From: Oscillospiraceae bacterium
Lineage (GTDB): Bacteria; Bacillota; Clostridia; Oscillospirales; CAG-272
DNA length: 64,000 nucleotides
Reading direction: 5' to 3'
Assembly (NCBI GenBank): GCA_015063905.1
Contig: SVTF01000007.1
Coordinates: forward strand, 2,975-66,974
The position numbers and the translations under genes were made by a program. Below are positions 33,578-43,392 of the stretch, in pieces. Every line of letters begins with the position of its first letter. The first letter of the stretch is position 1. Under the pieces are notes generated by a model that saw nothing but the letters and a program-made list of their open reading frames with translations, was not told where the DNA came from and ran no database searches.

Positions 33578-36565
33578 TTAATATTTTGAAGTGGCGTCTA
33601 CTTCGATTCCGTCAACTACTCTTTTTGCGTCCTCTATTATCTTTTCCGCAAAGCTATGGAGCACGTAAAAACTTCCGTATGCTTGTGTTGAAGAGCTATC
33701 TTCCCCTTCTGTGAGAAGCTCTACGGTGATATACGACTTTCTTTCACTATAGCGATAGAATCTATATACTACGTGACGGCTGTTTCCCACAAGATCCGTC
33801 ATCAGTATCGTTATCTTAAGCTGACACGGGTTGTTTGCGTCGTCTGACGAGAAATCATCCAATGCCTCAAAGCCTTGCTTTTGCTCGTCGCTTATTTCCG
33901 CCATTCCCTCAAAGGATGCCATCAGCAACGCTTTATAAAACTGCTGGAAATTCTCCATTGCGGTTTTTTCCGAGTTTTTCTGCGACACGGTAACTATCGG
34001 TATAGAATAGTCGAGTATTTGTCCGTCCGCCTTTATATTAGCTATATAGGTCGGGCTGTTAAGCACGGATAAATATCCCCACTCACCCGTGACCTCGTTT
34101 ACGACAACAAGCTTTCCGTCATCAAGCACATAATATGCTCCCGCGTTCCAAACTCCTATGGAGCAGTCCGCGTATGTTATATCCTCAAAAGCGCCGGACA
34201 ACTTATTATACGCCATTATTTTGTTTGTTTCATCGTTATAAAGAAGCTTTTTATCCGTGGTTGGATAGAAGGTTTCTTCATATCTTTTGAGCTTTCCGTC
34301 CTCGTAAAGCGCGGGAATGGTTATAGCTCTTTCGGCGAGTCGGCTTGTTTCTCTATCGGCGAAATATATTCCTTGAGCATAGTCCTTGACCGTCATCCAA
34401 GCGCCTGTCTTGGCATTTATAAGGATATATTTGTTGTCCGAGGTAATGAAAAGATTTCCGTTCCCCCATGCGCCGCGATTTTTCTCGCCGTAGATCTTGT
34501 CTATCTGCGCGCCCGATTGCGATTCCTTTGAAACAAAGAACATATATCCGTTATTTGTTGCGAAGAATTCCGATTTCATGGCGACGTGACCCCACACGAG
34601 AGAATCTTCCGCTAGTCTGTTGCCTTCGTAGTCCGAGCAGACCACCTGCGCCATCAGCCCGTATCCCTGTATATCTTTATTGTACGCAATGTTGTAAAAA
34701 TAATACATTACGCCGTCATTCTGTCCGTCGCCGTTGGAGTCAAACTCTCTGGATTCCGCGAAAAGATAGTTTTCCTCCTCCGCCTGACCCATTGAATAGA
34801 CGGTGGGCATTATCAGATAATCTCCGCGGTAGATCTCAGGGATGCTCTTGCCGTTCTTTGTCAAAACATATTTTCCCGTCAGCGCGTCCTTGGTTATACT
34901 GTATTCTCCGATTGTATTGCCGGAGCGCTGAAGATACGTCATATACTTGGATGCCGAATCCTCTATCTCAAAATCCACCTTAAACGCGGGCGACTCTATC
35001 TGTATTTTTTCAACGAATGAAATATCGTATTGGATATAGCTGGTCTCGTACCACTTGATCTCTTCCCATTCGAGAAACTCAAAGCAATCTGCCTTGACTC
35101 CCACGATCATGTCGTAGGTCTCGGAATATGCGTAATAGATTCCCTCTTCTGTTTTGTCGCTTATCTGCACAAAGTTCTCGGCATACACGGTCTCTCCCTC
35201 GCTATCCGTGGTTTCATAATAGAACATAACCACGAATTCGGAGTTGACAAGTCCGTATTGGCTAAGGTCATCTGCAGAGGGAGAAAGCTTTATAACGCTT
35301 GTAAAGTCAGTTTCATAAAAGCTTGAAAGAACGATGTCAAGGCTGCTGGAATTAAGGTTATATCCATCCGCGTAATCGAGGTGGTTTACGTATGGGGAAT
35401 GTGCATACAGCGTCCCCTGCCTATCCGACGTGTCGAGATAAGAAAAGTCGCACATTTTACGGCTGTTTTGCTCAAACAGCTTAGCATAATCCGCATTAAA
35501 TTTCTTTTGCGTTTCCTCGTCAAGATTTTCTATATCTACCTCTCCGTATTTTTCATACAAGGTGGAATAGATCTTGTTGTAGTCGATGCTTCCGTATATC
35601 ATAAAGTTGCGGACGTTGAAATAGTCCACGCTTCTCATGGGATACACGATGGTGGGAGTTATATAGCTTTCAAGCGTGTTGAGTAAATAACCGTCAAATC
35701 CGTTTGTTCCCAACACGTATACGGTATCTCGTCCGTCATATCTTGCGTAATATCCGGTACCCGTAACGGTCTTATCTCCGATTATTACCTTGTGGCTCTC
35801 TCCTGTCATAGAGGTAATGACAAACCATGCCGGCTCGTATTGGTATTCCACCTCTGTTTCATTTCCCTCTTTGTCGATCTCGGTCTTCGTCCTTACTTCA
35901 CTTACCAAACCGTACTCTGCGTAATCGACCGACCCGTTTTCCAGCTTTTTTGGATTTTCAAGTCTTCTTGTAGACAAGGTATATCCGCAAGCAACCGCAA
36001 GCTGAGCAAAGCTTTCTCTGTTGTACGGGGCGCCCGGCATATCCTTGATAACAAAGTTCATCTTGCTATCGCGCTCAAAGGTATATGTACCGTGCTCGTT
36101 ATGCACCTCTATGGATTTTATTATTTTTGAATTGTCTTTTGTCGAGCCGTGGTCATAGGTCATTTGCTTGTACATAAGCACGTATTCGCCAAAATCCCTG
36201 ACCTCTGTATCGCTGGTGTGAACAAATGCATATATTTTACATTCACCCGTTTCGGCGTTCACGCTTACCATCGTTCCAAGCGCGGTTTCGAAATAACCGT
36301 CCTGGTTCTTTTCACACGCTACGCCGTCTTTGTCATACAAAGCATAGACTTCGCCGTTCTTTTTGACATAGTAAGCGGTGCCGTCAACGTCCTCGAAGGT
36401 ATATATATCCACAAGATAATCCACCACGATGAGCGCGGCTACAAGAGCAACGATGGCAATGACCATAAATACGATCGCCAGGCGTTGCTTTTTGAGCATG
36501 TTCTTTTGTTTGATCCTTTTTATTGCCGCGGATTCTTCAACGGCAACGTTGTTATTTTTTGACAT
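33578..36565 (-). CDS. 995-aa single-pass (N-terminal TM) extracytoplasmic protein; occupies the DUF4340-type position at the end of the GldG-like operon
   Basis: N-terminal anchor RLAIVFMVIAIVALVAALIVV, then ~940 aa rich in Tyr/Asp/Gly beta-type sequence. The family assignment is by gene context only. Confidence 0.55.
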   Translation of the reverse strand: MSKNNNVAVEESAAIKRIKQKNMLKKQRLAIVFMVIAIVALVAALIVVDYLVDIYTFEDVDGTAYYVKKNGEVYALYDKDGVACEKNQDGYFETALGTMVSVNAETGECKIYAFVHTSDTEVRDFGEYVLMYKQMTYDHGSTKDNSKIIKSIEVHNEHGTYTFERDSKMNFVIKDMPGAPYNRESFAQLAVACGYTLSTRRLENPKKLENGSVDYAEYGLVSEVRTKTEIDKEGNETEVEYQYEPAWFVITSMTGESHKVIIGDKTVTGTGYYARYDGRDTVYVLGTNGFDGYLLNTLESYITPTIVYPMRSVDYFNVRNFMIYGSIDYNKIYSTLYEKYGEVDIENLDEETQKKFNADYAKLFEQNSRKMCDFSYLDTSDRQGTLYAHSPYVNHLDYADGYNLNSSSLDIVLSSFYETDFTSVIKLSPSADDLSQYGLVNSEFVVMFYYETTDSEGETVYAENFVQISDKTEEGIYYAYSETYDMIVGVKADCFEFLEWEEIKWYETSYIQYDISFVEKIQIESPAFKVDFEIEDSASKYMTYLQRSGNTIGEYSITKDALTGKYVLTKNGKSIPEIYRGDYLIMPTVYSMGQAEEENYLFAESREFDSNGDGQNDGVMYYFYNIAYNKDIQGYGLMAQVVCSDYEGNRLAEDSLVWGHVAMKSEFFATNNGYMFFVSKESQSGAQIDKIYGEKNRGAWGNGNLFITSDNKYILINAKTGAWMTVKDYAQGIYFADRETSRLAERAITIPALYEDGKLKRYEETFYPTTDKKLLYNDETNKIMAYNKLSGAFEDITYADCSIGVWNAGAYYVLDDGKLVVVNEVTGEWGYLSVLNSPTYIANIKADGQILDYSIPIVTVSQKNSEKTAMENFQQFYKALLMASFEGMAEISDEQKQGFEALDDFSSDDANNPCQLKITILMTDLVGNSRHVVYRFYRYSERKSYITVELLTEGEDSSSTQAYGSFYVLHSFAEKIIEDAKRVVDGIEVDATSKY

Positions 36566-36580
36566 TTCAGTTCCTTATTT

Positions 36581-38326
36581 TTATCTGTATTTACGACGGA
36601 CAGTTATGACGACTCCGACGATAGAAACGATTGCAAGCGGAATGAGAGACAGACAAAGAGTCCACTCCTTTACACCCGCCGTAGCTAAAACGGTCTTATC
36701 ACTTATATTGTAGATATAAAACGGCTTTAACTCGACTCGTGCCGGCATAGCCTCGCCACCCGCGTTTCTCAGCGTTGCGAGAAGCACGTCTGTGTTTCCG
36801 TATGCTGCCGAATCGAGAATGTCGTTGCTGACAAAATCCGTGGATGAGAGCGCTATTACGTAGGACGCCTTGTTTATCGAGTTATAGTTGCTTTCCTGAA
36901 TGAGTCGCTCCTCCATGGTTACGGTCATTAGCTTGAATGTTCTCTGCTCTGTTGCGACCTCATAGTTTTCTCCGCCTATTTGCGCCACTGCGGTGCTGTG
37001 CGTGCTGAAAACGTCGAACATACCGCGGCTTATGCCGTTTCTATAGTAGCTGTAGTATATGCACTCCTCTTCTCCGGTGGTCTCGTTTGCTTGCTTGACC
37101 GTGCGCCAATAGCTATCCGACGGAGTAAGTGCCGTGGCATTAGAGAAAAGCACCTTGGGGAGAAACATTGAGCTCCTCATATCCTTGGTTATGGATGCGC
37201 CTGTTCCCGCCGTTGCGTAATTACCCAGCATTATGTTTCCTGCACCTGCGTCGGTGCAGTTGGTAAGATCCTTTACGGCATAGTTTTCAAGCGTTTTTGC
37301 CGCGTCCTCCACTCTGCTTACAGTAACTCCCCATTCCTCGAGATATTCTTCAAGGCTTGCAAGATAAGGTGTATTTCTATCGCAGATATAGAAGAACGCG
37401 TTTGACTCGTCGAGATACTTGTCCAGCTTTTCTATCTCGGAGACGTTGTTTTCTCCAAGATCTCCGTATGCTTTGAAATCCGAAGTGGGAGCAAAGGTTA
37501 TCATCATTCTGCAGTTTTCGGGGATCTCGTCTTTTTCAAGATCCATAAATACAACGTCATATCCCGCGCCCTCTATAAGCCTTAAAAAGGACGTGTACTT
37601 TTCCTTTACCTTTCCCTCGTTATCGAAAAGCTCCTCGCCGTGATTGTTTGTAATGGCACATATGGGAGATTCCGCCTGCGTCAAGGAAATTATCATTGCG
37701 GAAAGCCTTTGCTCTCCGTTATATGCCCAAGGATTTGTGGCACCGGAATCCTGATAATAAAACGAGCTGATGTTTTGTACGAGATACTCCGTGCCGAATT
37801 CCACAATAACGTTGGTGTCATATATAGTAACAGCCGAATTGGTCTTGTATTTTTGCACCGCGGAAGGATTTTGAGCTATGTTGATATACTCGGTTTCGAT
37901 AGCATGCGAAAACTCTTTAGCCAAGGACCTGGCGGTAAAGCTGACGTATCGCATAAGCTCGTTTGCCTCTACCTTGTCCTTGTCCGCGCAAAAGATGATC
38001 TTCAGCTTAATGGCAGCTTCTCCCCTTTGCGCCCTCTCGGCATTTACCTTTTCTATTCCGGGGATCGCGTCGCGCTCTATCAGGCTTTTGCACTCTTGTG
38101 ACAGGGAGTACACGGTGGTTTGCGCGCTCTTGTATCTCGGTGACGTGGTATCAACATACCACATAAAAGAATCGGAAAGAAGGGCTACCGCGATATTGAG
38201 CAGAATTACCGCCAACACGACGACCGCAGTTATTACAGACAGCATCCTCGGACTTTTTTTGACGTATACGGAATCGTTCGATACGCCAAATGCCTCAGAG
38301 CTTGATACGTTTTCATCTTTTTTCAT
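36581..38326 (-). CDS. GldG-like ABC-transporter auxiliary protein (ABC_transp_aux type), paralog A, 581 aa
   Basis: N-terminal TM (VITAVVVLAVILLNIAVALL), a large exoplasmic domain, and a C-terminal TM ending VVITVRRKYR. This topology and the position after an ABC-2 permease are typical of GldG. Confidence 0.6.
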   Translation of the reverse strand: MKKDENVSSSEAFGVSNDSVYVKKSPRMLSVITAVVVLAVILLNIAVALLSDSFMWYVDTTSPRYKSAQTTVYSLSQECKSLIERDAIPGIEKVNAERAQRGEAAIKLKIIFCADKDKVEANELMRYVSFTARSLAKEFSHAIETEYINIAQNPSAVQKYKTNSAVTIYDTNVIVEFGTEYLVQNISSFYYQDSGATNPWAYNGEQRLSAMIISLTQAESPICAITNNHGEELFDNEGKVKEKYTSFLRLIEGAGYDVVFMDLEKDEIPENCRMMITFAPTSDFKAYGDLGENNVSEIEKLDKYLDESNAFFYICDRNTPYLASLEEYLEEWGVTVSRVEDAAKTLENYAVKDLTNCTDAGAGNIMLGNYATAGTGASITKDMRSSMFLPKVLFSNATALTPSDSYWRTVKQANETTGEEECIYYSYYRNGISRGMFDVFSTHSTAVAQIGGENYEVATEQRTFKLMTVTMEERLIQESNYNSINKASYVIALSSTDFVSNDILDSAAYGNTDVLLATLRNAGGEAMPARVELKPFYIYNISDKTVLATAGVKEWTLCLSLIPLAIVSIVGVVITVRRKYR

Positions 38327-38360
38327 ATCGCTTCCTCCTTTCGGAAGGATTTATTAAAGA

Positions 38361-39905
38361 TCATAAATATTTTCTCCTGACAAGGATAACGGTTCCGCAT
38401 ATTGCCACCGTGAGCGTGGGAACTAAAGCGAGAACGACGGTATAGGTGTTTGCCGCGCTGGTCGTAAGGCTTTCGATTTTCGTGCCGGAAAAGCTTTTGA
38501 AAACAAGGTTTGACGGAGCGTTGTCCCTGCCCATGTAACGTATTACTTCCGTAATAACTCTGCTATTTCCGAGCACCGCGGAGCCAAGACTGTTCTGGGA
38601 CGCGAATTCCGTTGAGGCGCAGGCAATAAGATGGCCTGTTTTGCCATTTGCGTTCTTGCCGGATGAAATCGACATAAGGGTAAACGGTTTTTCGTCGGCT
38701 CTTGCCACGGTTATACCGCCCATCCACGCTTGCGCAGTGCCGTGCGTGACGAGAAGCGGAGATACGGTTTTGGTTATACCGTCTTGCTCTTTAATAAAAT
38801 TGCCCTTGCCGTCCGACTTGAATTCGGGGGCAAACTCTATGCAGGTGGAGTTTGCAAACGCGTTTGGATAATCAATTTTTGAAAGCGCGCTTGCCCCAAT
38901 ACCGCTTTGTGCCTTTTTGGCTATCACTGTATATCCGTCTACGGTTAAGGAATTGGACGGGTCCTTGATAAGATAGCTTTGTTCCGTTCCGTCGTTGGCG
39001 GTTTTGTGCATAAACGTAACGCCCCAATTGCCGAGCAGCGTTTCAAAGTTTGTGTGCCCGCCCGCCGCATAGGTATCAGCGGATATGAACACCATGTATC
39101 TTCCGCCGTTTTTCATATATTTGTCCAGCTTTTCGGGTTCTCCCATCTCTCCGCTTGAAAAGGACAGATCGCGTTCGGGTGCGTACGTTACCAAAAGCTC
39201 GCAGTCCGCGGGTATATCCTGGCTTGAAAGATCAAGGAAATTAACGGTATAGCCCGACTCGATTATTGTTCTCATAAGGGACAGACTTTCGGTGTTTTCA
39301 CCGTGGTTTACGGTGAAATAGCAGTTAGGCGGGGTCTTTTGGGTGACCCTCATAAGACAGGAGGCAAGTATCTTTTCTCCGTTATATGCGATAGCCTTTG
39401 TATTATCCGTGGGGTCGGTCAGGTAGAAATCGGCAAAATTGACAGTTTCAAATCTTGAACCAAACACGCACACGATATCTCCGGTGGATTCAATGCCGTA
39501 TTCGCGGGCATCACCGGGATTTTCCCAGATGTTTAGGTGACTGGTCTCGATATGTTCCGGGAACATGGATTTCAATTCAAGTATCGAGTTGTAGATGTTG
39601 ACGAGGCGATCGTCTGACTTCAGGCTATCTTGGGTATCACAAAATATGATTCGTATCTTTTGCTTTGCCTGCTGTCCCTCATTTGCCTTGTCAATCTCGG
39701 GTATTATGTAATCGCTGACGTATTGACGGCAGTTATCGCTTATGGAATACACTGTTTTCGTGTTCATGTTGACGTACATCCATTCGTATCTTGACGCCAA
39801 CATTGCCGCGATGACGTTCAATATGACCGTTGCGCATAGAACAAGCAGTGTTACCGCAATAGCGGCGCTGCCGAAATGTAGCTTTTTAATTCGGGATTTC
39901 TTCAT
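38361..39905 (-). CDS. GldG-like ABC-transporter auxiliary protein, paralog B, 514 aa
   Basis: Same topology as paralog A (AIAVTLLVLCATVILNVIAAML ... TVILVRRKYL). Shared blocks include IRIIFCD / LKIIFCADKD and the VRRKY tail. Confidence 0.6.
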   Translation of the reverse strand: MKKSRIKKLHFGSAAIAVTLLVLCATVILNVIAAMLASRYEWMYVNMNTKTVYSISDNCRQYVSDYIIPEIDKANEGQQAKQKIRIIFCDTQDSLKSDDRLVNIYNSILELKSMFPEHIETSHLNIWENPGDAREYGIESTGDIVCVFGSRFETVNFADFYLTDPTDNTKAIAYNGEKILASCLMRVTQKTPPNCYFTVNHGENTESLSLMRTIIESGYTVNFLDLSSQDIPADCELLVTYAPERDLSFSSGEMGEPEKLDKYMKNGGRYMVFISADTYAAGGHTNFETLLGNWGVTFMHKTANDGTEQSYLIKDPSNSLTVDGYTVIAKKAQSGIGASALSKIDYPNAFANSTCIEFAPEFKSDGKGNFIKEQDGITKTVSPLLVTHGTAQAWMGGITVARADEKPFTLMSISSGKNANGKTGHLIACASTEFASQNSLGSAVLGNSRVITEVIRYMGRDNAPSNLVFKSFSGTKIESLTTSAANTYTVVLALVPTLTVAICGTVILVRRKYL

Positions 39906-39914
39906 TTGCTTACC

Positions 39915-40661
39915 TCAGCTCCAACGGCGCTTTTCATATACGCGTATGGTCAAAAACAGGAATATGAAGGCGAGCGATGCAAAATATACTGTTGCCCCTA
40001 TATCAAACACACCGGCGGAAAAGCTTGAGAATCTGCCAAGCACGGATATCCATCCCAACGCCAGCCTTATCCAATAAACGTCAATAAAATCGGCAAACAG
40101 ACCGATACCGATAAATCCGATAAGCACGGCGATGGTTATTATTGCCGCCGCAAGCTGATTTTCTGTAAGAGACGAGATAAAGGTGCCTATTGCTATGAAG
40201 GCGGCGCCTATAAGTATAATGCCTATAAGGCAACCGAATATCTGCGCGGTTACAGGGCCTATATTAGTCGTATCGTATCCAAGATTTGCCTTTTCCTGAG
40301 CCGCTATCACGTAAAGGGGGATAAAGTTTATACACGAGCCCGCAAGGCAAGAAAGAAACAGCGTGAACGCCGCGCAGAATTTTCCCATTACCATTCCCGT
40401 GATGGAAACGGGCGCAGTAAGCAAAAGCTGCTCTGTGCGCATTTTTCTCTCCTCGGAAAACAGCCTCATTGTGAGTATGGGAATCAATATGACCATGGCT
40501 ATCACCATAAGAGTGAAATACAGCGACGTGTCATAGCTGTTTGAAAGGATGGTCGTGTATGAGCAAAGCAACGCTGCAAACAGCAGGAATATGCCCACAA
40601 AGACGTATCCTATGGGGTTTGAAAAGTAAGAGCGCATCTCTTTTTTATATATGGCAAGCAT
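39915..40661 (-). CDS. ABC-2 family permease (GldF-like)
   Basis: 248 aa with 6 TM segments. The start MLAIYKKEMRSYFSNPIGYVF is typical of GldF/ABC-2 permeases. Confidence 0.75.
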   Translation of the reverse strand: MLAIYKKEMRSYFSNPIGYVFVGIFLLFAALLCSYTTILSNSYDTSLYFTLMVIAMVILIPILTMRLFSEERKMRTEQLLLTAPVSITGMVMGKFCAAFTLFLSCLAGSCINFIPLYVIAAQEKANLGYDTTNIGPVTAQIFGCLIGIILIGAAFIAIGTFISSLTENQLAAAIITIAVLIGFIGIGLFADFIDVYWIRLALGWISVLGRFSSFSAGVFDIGATVYFASLAFIFLFLTIRVYEKRRWS

Positions 40662-40685
40662 TTTACGTTTCCTTTCCTTGCTGTA

Positions 40686-41771
40686 TTAATTGTCTTCATC
40701 ATCGGATCGAGCTCTCTGCTCCTCCGCGTTTTTTATAAGATCTTCCGCAAGCTCTTTTGTAAGAGTCTCTCTTGTTTTAAGCTCGCGCTTTTTTGTTGTA
40801 TTTCTGGCATATCTTGTCTTTTCTGCGGCTTTGGCTTGCTCGGTCTGTTCAACAACGCTGATAAACACATCCTCAAGATTCATGCCTACCGCTTCAAGAC
40901 CGATCATGGCGAGATTTCTCTGTGCCAACGTAAAGAAAAGCTTTTTGCGCACGTCTGCGCCGCTTTCGCACTCGATTATGTAAGTCTGCGCGTCTCCGTC
41001 CTTTGAGGTCTGTGCCTCGGCAAGACAAATTCCCGGAACGCTTTTGAGCGCGTCCAAGACTTCTCTTTGGTTTCCACAGACCTTAAGGCTGTATCTCTTG
41101 TTGCTTTCGACTGCGCGAGTAATATTTTCGGTCTTTTCGTCTGCGACAATCTTTCCCTTGTTTATGATGACTATTCTGTCACAAACCGCCTGAACCTCCT
41201 GCAGAATGTGCGTGGAAATAAGCACGGTGTGCTTTTTGCCAAGAGTTCTTATAAGGCTTCTCATCTCGATTATTTGCTTTGGGTCAAGGCCTACGGTTGG
41301 CTCGTCGAATATGATCACGGGCGGGTTTCCGATAAGCGCCTGTGCGACTCCCACTCTTTGTCTGTAGCCTTTGGACAGATTCTTTATGAGTCGGCGCCTC
41401 ACGTCCCCGATCCTTGTGACCTCGCATATCTCGTTGAGATGAGCCTTGCGATCAAAGGTGCAGCCCTTGAGATCGTAGTTGAAATTGAGATATTCGTCTA
41501 CGGTCATATCGAAATACACGGGCGGCTGCTCGGGCAGATAGCCTATGAGCTTTTTTGCGCCGATCGGATCGGAAAGAATGTCTATTCCGTCGATAAGGAC
41601 TCTGCCTGCCGAGGCGGACAGGTAACCTGTTAGAATATTCATCGTCGTGCTTTTTCCCGCACCGTTCGGGCCGAGAAAGCCGACGGTCTCTCCCCTGCCT
41701 ATTTCGCAGGAAATATCGTCAACTGCACAGTTTGTGCCGTAGTTTTTAGTCAAATGCTGAATTTTAATCAT
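40686..41771 (-). CDS. ABC transporter ATP-binding protein (GldA-like) with a ~60-aa highly charged C-terminal tail
   Basis: The ORF track extends to 41813. The ATG at 41771 (MIKIQHLTKNYG) has a GGAG RBS 8 nt upstream. Walker A GPNGAGKST, signature LSKGYRQRV, Walker B VIIFDEPT. The tail is ...QAKAAEKTRYARNTTKKRELKTRETLTKELAEDLIKNAEEQRARSDDEDN. Confidence 0.9.
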   Translation of the reverse strand: MIKIQHLTKNYGTNCAVDDISCEIGRGETVGFLGPNGAGKSTTMNILTGYLSASAGRVLIDGIDILSDPIGAKKLIGYLPEQPPVYFDMTVDEYLNFNYDLKGCTFDRKAHLNEICEVTRIGDVRRRLIKNLSKGYRQRVGVAQALIGNPPVIIFDEPTVGLDPKQIIEMRSLIRTLGKKHTVLISTHILQEVQAVCDRIVIINKGKIVADEKTENITRAVESNKRYSLKVCGNQREVLDALKSVPGICLAEAQTSKDGDAQTYIIECESGADVRKKLFFTLAQRNLAMIGLEAVGMNLEDVFISVVEQTEQAKAAEKTRYARNTTKKRELKTRETLTKELAEDLIKNAEEQRARSDDEDN

Positions 41772-42079
41772 ATTATACTCCACTTCCGCCGCGCGTGGCG
41801 GCACAAATAGCATCGATGAAACGCACGCAGGGGTTCGTTTGGTTTAAGACGCTTTGCGTGTGCGGTTCATGCTCGAAATCGGTGCGTTATAGCAGCAAAA
41901 GTTGCAAAAAACGCATTTTTTCATCGCCGAACACCAAGTCGATCACAAAAACCCAATAATTAATCTATATTTTAACATTAATTTGTAAACATGATATGAA
42001 CGGGATTTGCGCCAAATACAAATTCTGGATGTTACTTGTGTGAATTTTTCATGTGTTTTTATGCGTAGCAAAAAAATCC

Positions 42080-42108
42080 TTGACGAAACCTCATTTGTCT
42101 GCTAAAAT
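42080..42108 (+). promoter_or_regulatory. Sigma-A-type promoter of ahcY-mnmG-rsmG (TTGACG-17-TAAAAT)
   Basis: ttgacg 42080-42085, taaaat 42103-42108. Confidence 0.55.
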
Positions 42109-42150
42109 GATATATGTGAAAATATGCTTTGATGTTGAAAGGTAAAGAAT

Positions 42151-43392
42151 ATGAGCAATATAAAAAACGCAGAGCTGTGGCGCTCGGGAAAAGACAAGAT
42201 AGATTGGGTTCGTTCCTATATGCCCCTGCTCTCTCTTATCGAGGAGGATTTCAAAAAGAATCAACCCTTTGCGGGCATGAAGATATCTATGTCTATTCAC
42301 CTTGAGGCTAAAACTGCAAATCTTGCCAAGGTGCTTCGCGCAGGGGGCGCGGATGTAAGGGTTACGGGCTGCAATCCGCTCTCAACGCAAGATGACGTAG
42401 CGGCGGCACTCGTTCACGAGGGATTCGAGGTAAATGCCGTTCATGGCACAGACGAGCAAGGATATACAAGAGATCTTATCAACACTATTTCTTTTTGCCC
42501 CGACGTTCTCATTGACGACGGCGGCGACTTGATGCAGCTTTTGCACGGGGAATATCGCGAATATGGCAAAAATCTTATTGGCGGCTGCGAGGAAACCACC
42601 ACGGGAGTGCATCGCCTCATGGCAAAAGAAGCTGCCGGCAAGCTCGAGTACACAATGATCGACGTAAACGACGCGAATTGCAAACATTTGTTCGACAACA
42701 GATATGGCACGGGTCAGTCCACCCTTGACGGAATAATGAATTCAACTAATCTGATGATAGCGGGTAAGACCTTTGTAGTTGCGGGCTATGGCTGGTGTGG
42801 CAAGGGACTTGCCATGAGAGCCAAGGGCATGGGCGCGGTGGTGATAGTTACCGAAATCGATCCTGTTAAGGCTATTGAGGCGGTAATGGACGGATTTACG
42901 GTTATGCCTATGGATGAAGCGGCAAAGATCGGAGATATATTCGTCACCCTCACGGGCTGCTCCGACGTTATTACCGAAAAGCATTTCAAAGTCATGAAGG
43001 ATGGCGTTCTGCTGGCTAACAGCGGACACTTTGACGTTGAGATAAACAAGACACATCTTGCTGATCTTGCTTATGAGATCTTTGATCGCAAGCCCAATAT
43101 AAAGGGCTACAGAATGCCCGATGGCAGAATACTGAATCTGCTTGCGGAGGGCAGACTTGTAAATCTTGCAGCAGGCAACGGACACCCTGCGGAGATCATG
43201 GATATGAGCTTTGCCATTCAGGCGAAATCGCTTGAATATCTTGCGAAAAACAGAGGAAAGCTTCAGAAAAAGCTATACGCTGTTCCCGAGGAGATAGACA
43301 TGGCGGTGGCTCAGTTGAAGCTTCGAACGATGGGCATGTCGATAGACGTTCTTACCCAAGAACAGAAAGAATACCTTTCAAGGATAGATTAA
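42151..43392 (+). CDS. ahcY: Adenosylhomocysteinase (S-adenosyl-L-homocysteine hydrolase)
   Basis: 413 aa. KISMSIHLEAKTA, CNPLSTQDDVAAAL and the NAD site VVAGYGWCGKG are present. The stop overlaps the mnmG start (TAATG). Confidence 0.9.
   Translation: MSNIKNAELWRSGKDKIDWVRSYMPLLSLIEEDFKKNQPFAGMKISMSIHLEAKTANLAKVLRAGGADVRVTGCNPLSTQDDVAAALVHEGFEVNAVHGTDEQGYTRDLINTISFCPDVLIDDGGDLMQLLHGEYREYGKNLIGGCEETTTGVHRLMAKEAAGKLEYTMIDVNDANCKHLFDNRYGTGQSTLDGIMNSTNLMIAGKTFVVAGYGWCGKGLAMRAKGMGAVVIVTEIDPVKAIEAVMDGFTVMPMDEAAKIGDIFVTLTGCSDVITEKHFKVMKDGVLLANSGHFDVEINKTHLADLAYEIFDRKPNIKGYRMPDGRILNLLAEGRLVNLAAGNGHPAEIMDMSFAIQAKSLEYLAKNRGKLQKKLYAVPEEIDMAVAQLKLRTMGMSIDVLTQEQKEYLSRID

Noticed and set aside
41814-42079. 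SAH/SAM-type riboswitch upstream of ahcY, or a structured leader for the Gld-like operon.
   Set aside because: The predicted ahcY promoter lies only ~45 nt from the start codon, leaving no room for a riboswitch. The inverted repeats at 41825-41870 are imperfect, and I could not match them to any known riboswitch consensus.
41814-42150. Possible oriC. There is a major strand switch here (almost everything from 9.7 to 41.8 kb is on the minus strand, and 42.1-50.9 kb is on the plus strand). The spacer is AT-rich and lies next to the mnmG-rsmG-parAB block.
   Set aside because: I found no TTATCCACA/TGTGGATAA-type DnaA boxes or clusters of near-matches in the spacer. dnaA and dnaN are not in the window. 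The region is adequately explained by two divergent promoters. A GC-skew computation and a DnaA-box scan of the whole replicon would settle it.
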